NCBI GenBank assembly: GCA_048940375.1
Contig: JBHLOP010000147.1
Span: 1 to 5,478, forward strand
Length of the DNA stretch: 5,478 nt
Source of the DNA: Promethearchaeota archaeon
Lineage (GTDB): Archaea > Asgardarchaeota > Sifarchaeia > Borrarchaeales > Borrarchaeaceae
Direction of reading: 5' to 3'
Every line of letters begins with the position of its first letter. Position 1 is the stretch's first letter. The position numbers and the translations under genes are program-made. Below are positions 1 to 5,295 of the stretch, piece by piece. The notes beneath the pieces were generated by a model that did no database searches, had not been told where the DNA came from, and worked only from the letters and a program-made list of their open reading frames with translations.

Positions 1-533
1 AAAGGCCAATCATCAAGAAACCATTCTACAGGAAACTCAATCAACTTTTTGGCAATATTTGGAAACTGTATAATATAAGGTCGATCATCCGCCATCAGAC
101 TCGAATCATAAATATAACCCATCTCTGAAATCAACTGAAGTGTATTATGAGCCAGTCTCCAATATGGTGCTCTAAACCCCTTTACTGAACCTGAACCTCC
201 AATTTTTTCAAGAGCCTTGTGAGTCCTTTGAAGTGCTTCTTTTTGCTCATAGACTGAGAGGGTGTCAAAATTCTCATGTAGATAGCCATGTGCGGCAATT
301 TCGTGGTTTTGTGAAACGATTTCGCTTACAGTGTCTGAATACTCATCTGCAACCCATCCACAAGTAAAAAATGTTCCTTGAATTTTGTGTTTCTTAAAGA
401 GCTCAAGTATTCTAGACAAGCCTCGATTAACCGCAAATTGTCCTTTTGAGACTCTTACTGCTTCTTCAAGTGCTCGAATTTGGACACTTTCTGCATCATA
501 GTCAAAAGTCAAGCATACAATAATATCTGTCAT
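1..533 (-). CDS. Polysaccharide deacetylase / NodB-homology family protein (HpPgdA-like), partial: C-terminus lies beyond the left edge
   Basis: Reverse-strand translation from ATG at 533-531: MTDIIVCLTFDYDAESVQIRALEEAVRVSKGQFAVNRGLSRILELFKKHKIQGTFFTCGWVADEYSDTVSEIVSQNHEIAAHGYLHENFDTLSVYEQKEALQRTHKALEKIGGSGSVKGFRAPYWRLAHNTLQLISEMGYIYDSSLMADDRPYIIQFPNIAKKLIEFPVEWFLDDWP... Open to the window edge. Contains NodB motif-1 (TFDYDAE), motif-2 (HEIAAHGYLHEN, HxxxH), motif-3 (GFRAPYW) and the late YDSSL and FPVEWFLDDWP segments. GTGAT SD-like site 4 nt upstream of the ATG. Confidence 0.9.
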   Translation of the reverse strand, partial: MTDIIVCLTFDYDAESVQIRALEEAVRVSKGQFAVNRGLSRILELFKKHKIQGTFFTCGWVADEYSDTVSEIVSQNHEIAAHGYLHENFDTLSVYEQKEALQRTHKALEKIGGSGSVKGFRAPYWRLAHNTLQLISEMGYIYDSSLMADDRPYIIQFPNIAKKLIEFPVEWFLDDWP

Positions 534-585
534 ATTTATCACTTTTTAGTTAAAAAAAATTATATAATCCATTATTTTGAGACTA

Positions 586-1116
586 TTATTTTCTTTTGCG
601 CTTTTTCTTCTTCCTTGTGCCAAATAATTCTATTGCAGATACATATGCAAGTGCTACTGCTCCAATACATATTCCTGCAGCCGCAATAATCAGAAATACG
701 GGGTTTTCAGATGTTTCTCTTTCTGGAGGATTAATAATGGTAACACTAGATTGTCCGTAATAGGTATCTCCTCCAGCTTGGACTTCTGCTGTCAAATTCC
801 ACGTTCCAATTGTTAAGGACGAAGTGTTAAAAGTCGTTTTGTAAACACCAGGTTGGAGTTTTGCAAACATTGAAGATTTTACTTCAAACTCTTTTGATAG
901 TTGACTAAAAGTGAGTTTAATTCTAGCGTTTCCGACTGGGTTTCCATTATCAAAAACGGTTACATTGATATCAAGCATAGTACCTTTGACAACTTGATTT
1001 TCAAAGGGGATGATATTGACTGCAACGTCTGCGTGAGTTTCTTTAGGATATATACTTAATGAGATCGTAAGAACAAACAAGATTGAAATTAAAATCCATT
1101 TCCTGTTTCGGTACAC
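586..1116 (-). CDS. Secreted, membrane-anchored protein with one Ig-like/beta-sandwich extracellular domain, C-terminal TM helix and polybasic cytosolic tail
   Basis: 176 aa ORF with GTG start at 1116-1114. N-terminal signal-like helix (WILISILFVLTISLSIYP), beta-rich middle (NITVFDNG-type repeats of hydrophobic strands, 'LQPGVYKTTFNTSSLTIGTWNLTAEVQAGG'), C-terminal hydrophobic segment VFLIIAAAGICIGAVALAYVSAI and tail GTRKKKKRKRK. G-rich SD-like acgggggct upstream. Confidence 0.75.
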   Translation of the reverse strand: MYRNRKWILISILFVLTISLSIYPKETHADVAVNIIPFENQVVKGTMLDINVTVFDNGNPVGNARIKLTFSQLSKEFEVKSSMFAKLQPGVYKTTFNTSSLTIGTWNLTAEVQAGGDTYYGQSSVTIINPPERETSENPVFLIIAAAGICIGAVALAYVSAIELFGTRKKKKRKRK

Positions 1117-1158
1117 ATATAAGCCCCCGTTTTTTAAAGATGGATAAATTTCGCTAAT

Positions 1159-1208
1159 AAGACTTATAAAATCTGCTAAGTCTTTTTAAACTTATCATGT
1201 AAAGTTTA
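1159..1208. repeat. Two adjacent imperfectly spaced inverted repeats in the divergent intergenic region (possible operator)
   Basis: AAGACTTA(1159-1166)-10 nt-TAAGTCTT(1177-1184), then TAAACTT(1187-1193)-8 nt-AAGTTTA(1202-1208). Read directly from the sequence. Confidence 0.4.
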
Positions 1209-1217
1209 TTTGCTTCG

Positions 1218-1225
1218 TTTATATG
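1218..1225 (+). promoter_or_regulatory. Candidate archaeal TATA box (TTTATATG) for the rpoH-like gene
   Basis: TTTATATG at 1218-1225. The expected start site about 25 nt downstream would fall just before the ggagg SD at 1251-1255. Sequence pattern only. Confidence 0.35.
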
Positions 1226-1266
1226 AAATAATATATAGTTGAGTTTTGAGGGAGGCGCTAAATCAA

Positions 1267-1815
1267 TTGCAAACGATGAAACGTGTGAAAGAAGGAGTTT
1301 TACAACTGCTTGAAAACAGAAGATATGAAGTCGAATCGATCGAGGAGACCGAGTCAGAAATTGATATCCTCGCAAAAAAGAAAGAGGATAAAAAAGAACT
1401 AAAGTTTTTAGTACGCATTCCTAGTAAAAATGTTGTCGGCGTTGCATTAGTACGAGCATTAGATAAAGCAATGAAAAAACATAGTGTAGATCAGGCGCTA
1501 CTTGCAACTTTAGAAAGATATACGCCTGCCGCAAAAGCTGAATCAAAAAAGAAGAATATTGAATTACTTCCAACAAAGTATCCCATTTTTAATATTTTTG
1601 AGCATGTTCTTGTTCCAAAACATGAATTATTGTCTGAAAAGGAAGCGAAAGAAGTTTTAAAACACTATAACATTAGCAAATTTCAACTTCCTGCGATTAA
1701 AGCAGCGGATCCCGCAGCAAAAGCTATAGGTGCAAAACCTGGACGAATAGTAAAAATATATCGAGAAAGCCCAACTGCTGGTTTACACATCGTCTATCGA
1801 GTCGTTGTAGAATAG
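1267..1815 (+). CDS. rpoH: DNA-directed RNA polymerase subunit H (RpoH/Rpb5) with an added N-terminal nuclease-fold-like domain, giving full-length Rpb5-like architecture
   Basis: C-terminal ~75 aa ([75 protein letters not shown]) matches the RpoH/Rpb5 assembly domain. N-terminal ~100 aa precede it in one uninterrupted frame. The track start at 1246 (TTG) lies upstream of the ggagg SD at 1251-1255, so TTG at 1267 or ATG at 1276 is more likely. Confidence 0.92.
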   Translation: MQTMKRVKEGVLQLLENRRYEVESIEETESEIDILAKKKEDKKELKFLVRIPSKNVVGVALVRALDKAMKKHSVDQALLATLERYTPAAKAESKKKNIELLPTKYPIFNIFEHVLVPKHELLSEKEAKEVLKHYNISKFQLPAIKAADPAAKAIGAKPGRIVKIYRESPTAGLHIVYRVVVE

Positions 1816-1855
1816 TCTTTTTTACATTTCCGCGGATTATTGTTTTGTTATTATT

Positions 1856-1863
1856 AGGAGGTG
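1856..1863 (+). promoter_or_regulatory. Strong Shine-Dalgarno sequence AGGAGGTG for cofD
   Basis: aggaggtg at 1856-1863 is complementary to the conserved 16S rRNA 3' end and lies 7 nt before an in-frame ATT at 1871. Confidence 0.7.
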
Positions 1864-1882
1864 CGCAGTAATTCGCATTACG

Positions 1883-2809
1883 TTGTTAAGTGGAGGGACT
1901 GGTACTCCAAAATTACTACAAGGTCTTATAAGGCTTGTTTCTGAGGAAAATTTAACAATAATTTGCAATACTGCAGATGATTACTATTTTTATGGTCTTT
2001 ATGTCTGTCCAGACATTGATTCTGTACTCTACTGCCTAAAAAGTTTTTTAGATGAAGAAAAATGGTGGGGGATAAAAGGCGACACTTTTAACTGTCTTGA
2101 AATGTTAAAACTATATGGTTATGATCCATGGTTTCAATTAGGGGATCGCGATCTTGCGCTTCATATCCATAGAACGCGTTTATTAAATGAAGGTCTTTCT
2201 TTATCTGAGATTATCAATGATGTCTGCATGCGCTTGAATATAGCGCCTCATGTAATTCCCATGACTGATCAGAAAGTCACCACAATGGTCTTCACTGACA
2301 AGGGTAAATTGAATTTTCAAGAGTTTTGGGTACGGGAACATGCAAATGTAAAGGTATTCTCAGTCGAATTTGAAGGAATTAGTAGAGCAGAGCCAACCCA
2401 AGATGTAATTGACTCAATTATAGAAAGTGATGCCATAATTATCGGACCAAGTAATCCTGTTACCTCAATAGGGCCTATTCTGGAAGTACAAGGTGTCAAA
2501 ACAGCCTTAGAAAGGACGCAAGGCATGAAAATCGCGATTTCTCCTATAATCGGAGAACAACCATTGAGCGGTCCTGCAGGTCAACTTATGGAGACTCAAA
2601 ATCTTAGTGTTTCTCCGTATGCTATTGCAAAGATCTATTCGAACTTCTTAGACGTTCTAATTATACATAGTACTGATAAAGGATTGGTTCCTCAAATTGA
2701 AGAACTTGGAATTTCTGTGGTTTTAACTAACATCATAATGAAGAGCCTTGATGATAAAATCAATCTAGCCCAAGAAATCCTTCGTTTAATTGAGGAAAAA
2801 ACATGTTAA
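1883..2809 (+). CDS. cofD: 2-phospho-L-lactate transferase (coenzyme F420 biosynthesis, CofD). The true start is probably upstream, at ATT 1871
   Basis: LSGGTGTPKLLQGL, NTADDYYFYGLYVCPDIDSVLY, WWGIKGDTFNCLEMLKLYG, LGDRDLALHIHRTRLL, IIGPSNPVTSIGPIL and SPIIGEQPLSGPAGQLM are characteristic CofD motifs. Track start is TTG 1883. Confidence 0.95.
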   Translation: MLSGGTGTPKLLQGLIRLVSEENLTIICNTADDYYFYGLYVCPDIDSVLYCLKSFLDEEKWWGIKGDTFNCLEMLKLYGYDPWFQLGDRDLALHIHRTRLLNEGLSLSEIINDVCMRLNIAPHVIPMTDQKVTTMVFTDKGKLNFQEFWVREHANVKVFSVEFEGISRAEPTQDVIDSIIESDAIIIGPSNPVTSIGPILEVQGVKTALERTQGMKIAISPIIGEQPLSGPAGQLMETQNLSVSPYAIAKIYSNFLDVLIIHSTDKGLVPQIEELGISVVLTNIIMKSLDDKINLAQEILRLIEEKTC

Positions 2810-3603
2810 AGTTGCAAAATCCTGCAATACTATCCGCAATAGCAGGAGTTACTAATGGCGATTTTTGTGCACGAGTTGCGAAAGCTGGGGCTGGTATGAT
2901 CACTCTTGGCGGATTTAATTTTGATAAAGCAACGCTTAGCGCAGCAAGACTGATCACAACTAGAGAAAGGCCAGAATTTATTATAGCTCTCGAGGAACTG
3001 CCAGAATATACTGAACGTCAAGTTTCAGTTGCCCGTGAAGGAAAAACTCTCGTAAATATAAATATACGTGTTTCCTCAAGAAATGGATTACTTCTGGCAG
3101 CAAAAATATCACAGGATTCAGGTGCGGATGCTCTTGAACTAAATGCACATTGTAGGCAACCGGAAATTATTGATCTAGGAACTGGACAAGCACTCCTAAA
3201 AAACTCCAAAAAATTGTGTCAGTGGATTAAAATCCTCAAAAATAATGTGAATATCCCTCTAATTGTTAAAATTCGGGCAAACATTGTTGATGAAGTGACT
3301 TTAGTGAAAAAGATAGTTATAGCAGGTGCAGATGCTATTCATGTCGATGCAATGAAACCTGGATATCCTTACGCTGACTTAGACATTATAAAAAGGATAT
3401 CCTACAATGTCGATACATTTTTGATAGGTAATAATTCTGTAAAAGACATTAATTCAGCAATACAAATGCTGAACGCCGGTGCCGATGCATTTTCTATTGC
3501 TAGGGCTGCTATTAATAATCCTGAAATAGTTGGGCAAATTGGGAACGCTATAATGAAAGAATTCAAAGAAAGATTAAAAAAACGTTACATTCTCTTTAAG
3601 TAA
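2803..3603 (+). CDS. Archaeal TIM-barrel protein related to dihydrouridine synthase (NifR3/MJ0144-like family), function uncertain
   Basis: 266 aa from ATG 2803. Contains AILSAIAGVTNGDF.., DALELNAHCRQPEI..GTGQALLKN, PLIVKIRAN, DAIHVDAMKPGYPYADLDII, FLIGNNSVKD and GADAFSIARAAINNPEIVGQI, which follow the DUS/TIM-barrel phosphate-binding pattern. SD tgagg upstream. Start overlaps the cofD stop. Confidence 0.85.
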   Translation: MLKLQNPAILSAIAGVTNGDFCARVAKAGAGMITLGGFNFDKATLSAARLITTRERPEFIIALEELPEYTERQVSVAREGKTLVNINIRVSSRNGLLLAAKISQDSGADALELNAHCRQPEIIDLGTGQALLKNSKKLCQWIKILKNNVNIPLIVKIRANIVDEVTLVKKIVIAGADAIHVDAMKPGYPYADLDIIKRISYNVDTFLIGNNSVKDINSAIQMLNAGADAFSIARAAINNPEIVGQIGNAIMKEFKERLKKRYILFK

Positions 3604-4085
3604 GCTGGGACTTCAAGTACTTCAATGTAAAATTCACATTCAGGGTCTCCTTTTCCATAGCACCTGATCTCGCGCACAAGACATCGTCTGTCTTTTAATC
3701 GTTCAATGACACCTGAAATGAGTCCTGTTTCAAAGCTACATGCAGGCTTTCCTAGATTTGGCAGACCTGCAGATGATAGGGTCTCCAATAATATCAGATT
3801 TCCATTTCCTTTATCTGAATCAAATGAAAATGTTTTTGTTCTTGCAATACCTTTCTTTTCCATCCACTGCAAAAATTCTTCGAATTCCTTAAATTTTGTT
3901 CTCCTACCCAATGCTTTACCACCCGCATAAGCTAGTGTTTTTGACGCATCCTCTCCAACGACATCACGTAGGCTGAATAAACTTAATGCTCTGAATAGTC
4001 GAATGTCGATAGTTGCGCCTAAATTAGGCCGGTCAACAATATCAAGTTCTGGCATTCTAACCTTTTCCAATATTCCCAACTCCAA
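3585..4085 (-). CDS. V4R (4-vinyl reductase) domain-containing protein
   Basis: C-terminus 'CSFETGLISGVIERLKDRRCLVREIRCYGKGDPECEFYIEV' has the typical V4R G.GD..C.F ending. Track start is TTG 4085; an internal ATG at 4055-4053 (MPELDIVDRPNLG...) is a plausible alternative. Confidence 0.8.
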   Translation of the reverse strand: MELGILEKVRMPELDIVDRPNLGATIDIRLFRALSLFSLRDVVGEDASKTLAYAGGKALGRRTKFKEFEEFLQWMEKKGIARTKTFSFDSDKGNGNLILLETLSSAGLPNLGKPACSFETGLISGVIERLKDRRCLVREIRCYGKGDPECEFYIEVLEVPAYLKRM

Positions 4086-4152
4086 AAAGTAAGATAACCA
4101 TTAGTCCTTATGTCATCTCACCTTTCGACCTAGAAAAATCTTTTGGAAGAAA

Positions 4153-5169
4153 TTAAAATCTGGAAAGTAACTCTCTTATGAAGTCGTTCGTAGTATTTTT
4201 ACCGCCAAGATCTGGAGTTCTAATGTTGGTTTCTTCATATATTTGTAAAATAGAGTTTTCAAGATCTTTTGCTGCCTGTTTTGCATCATTTATCGAATAT
4301 TTTTCACTTAGCCAATCTAGCATCATCGAGCAACTTAACAATATTGCAGTAGGATTCGCTATACCCTTTCCTTCAATATCAAAAGCCGCACCATGGACTG
4401 GTTCAAACATAGCAATATCCTGTCCGAGGTTTGCAGAAGGAAGAATGCCCAAACTTCCAGTCACCCCTGCAGCTTCATCGCTTAGAATATCTCCAAACAT
4501 GTTAGTAGTAACTAGGGTATCAAATTGTTGAGGATTAATCACCAGTTGGTATGCTGCGTTATCTACATACATTTCGTTTATATCGATCTCACTAAAATTC
4601 TTTGCAATTTCTATGCAGACATTTCGAAAGAATATGCAACTTATCATCACATTAGCCTTATGAACAATAGTTAGTTTTTTGCGCCTTTCCTTTGCTATTT
4701 TACAAGCAACAGTCATGATACGTTCAGTTGCTTCCTTTGTGATCATTCGAACATTAATCGCACATTCTTTTGTTATATCTTCTATTTTCTTATAGAGCCC
4801 CTCAGTATTTTCTCTAACAATTACCAAGTCAACTCCTGAATGAATACTCGGAATGACAGGAATAGTTTTTGCGGGCCTGATGTTTGCGAAGAGGTTGAGT
4901 TCTTGTCTAAGGGGCAAAACTACGTATCTTGCTGTTTCACCAATCGGTGCTTTCAGGCAACATGAACACTTTTTAATTTCGTCTATGGCATTACTGGGCA
5001 ATGCATGACCAGTTTCCTTTAGAGCCTTGTCACCTGCAAATATCTCCTTAAACCGAAAGGAAAAATTATATTTATCTGATAACATCTCAAGCACTTTGCT
5101 TGTAGCAGTAGTTATCTCAGGTCCAATTCCATCCCCTGAAATAACGGCGATTTCAAATGTCTTTGTCAT
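4153..5169 (-). CDS. Isopropylmalate / homoisocitrate / isocitrate dehydrogenase family protein (decarboxylating, NAD(P)-dependent); substrate not resolvable from sequence alone
   Basis: SGDGIGPEIT, LPLRQELNLFANIRPAK, VDLVIVRENTEGLY, IVHKANVM, YVDNAAYQLV, TTNMFGDILSDEAAGVTGSLGILPSANLG, FEPVHGAAFDIEGKGIANPTA and RTPDLGGKNTT. ATG at 5169-5167 has a GTGAT SD 4 nt upstream. The track GTG start at 5178 overlaps that SD. Confidence 0.93.
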   Translation of the reverse strand: MTKTFEIAVISGDGIGPEITTATSKVLEMLSDKYNFSFRFKEIFAGDKALKETGHALPSNAIDEIKKCSCCLKAPIGETARYVVLPLRQELNLFANIRPAKTIPVIPSIHSGVDLVIVRENTEGLYKKIEDITKECAINVRMITKEATERIMTVACKIAKERRKKLTIVHKANVMISCIFFRNVCIEIAKNFSEIDINEMYVDNAAYQLVINPQQFDTLVTTNMFGDILSDEAAGVTGSLGILPSANLGQDIAMFEPVHGAAFDIEGKGIANPTAILLSCSMMLDWLSEKYSINDAKQAAKDLENSILQIYEETNIRTPDLGGKNTTNDFIRELLSRF

Positions 5170-5214
5170 ACTTATCACATTGAACGATGATAGCTAAAAA
5201 GTGTTAGTGTAATC

Positions 5215-5222
5215 TTTATAAA
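5215..5222 (-). promoter_or_regulatory. Candidate TATA box (TTTATAAA, palindromic) for the dehydrogenase gene
   Basis: tttataaa at 5215-5222. Spacing predicts a minus-strand start near 5190, about 20 nt before the ATG at 5169. Confidence 0.4.
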
Positions 5223-5295
5223 CGTATGTCTTTCCTCGCTATTTACAGAAGACTAAAATTCATAGTGGCATTTGACCTTTGTAAACGGTGATATT

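Noticed and set aside
480-689. Plus-strand ORF of 69 aa
   Set aside because: Overlaps the deacetylase start, the intergenic region and the 3' end of the secreted protein on the opposite strand; low-complexity F/Y/I-rich translation with no recognisable motif.
1154-1375. Minus-strand ORF of 73 aa
   Set aside because: Covers the divergent promoter region and is antisense to the rpoH 5' end, with no domain-like features.
1816-1825. T-run after the rpoH stop (agtctttttttaca) as a transcription terminator
   Set aside because: Only about six consecutive T residues in an AT-rich region; too weak to call a terminator or to conclude that cofD is a separate unit.
2317-2526. Minus-strand ORF inside cofD
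   Set aside because: Fully antisense to strongly conserved cofD codons; shadow ORF.
2760-3209. Minus-strand ORFs 2760-2957, 2830-3021 and 3018-3209
   Set aside because: Antisense to the well-supported TIM-barrel gene; mutually overlapping shadow ORFs without motifs.
3706-3930. Plus-strand ORF of 74 aa
   Set aside because: Antisense to the V4R-domain gene; composition follows the complementary strand.
4178-4531. Plus-strand ORF of 117 aa
   Set aside because: Antisense to conserved dehydrogenase motifs (FEPVHGAAFDIEGKGIANPTA); its length is explained by codon bias on the opposite strand.
4630-4670. Possible in-frame deletion in the dehydrogenase after HKANV (MISCIFFRNV versus xxLTxGLFxxx)
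   Set aside because: Compared with remembered bacterial LeuB sequences (NVLQSSILWREIV), the local length is normal. It is better treated as a subfamily signature than as damage.
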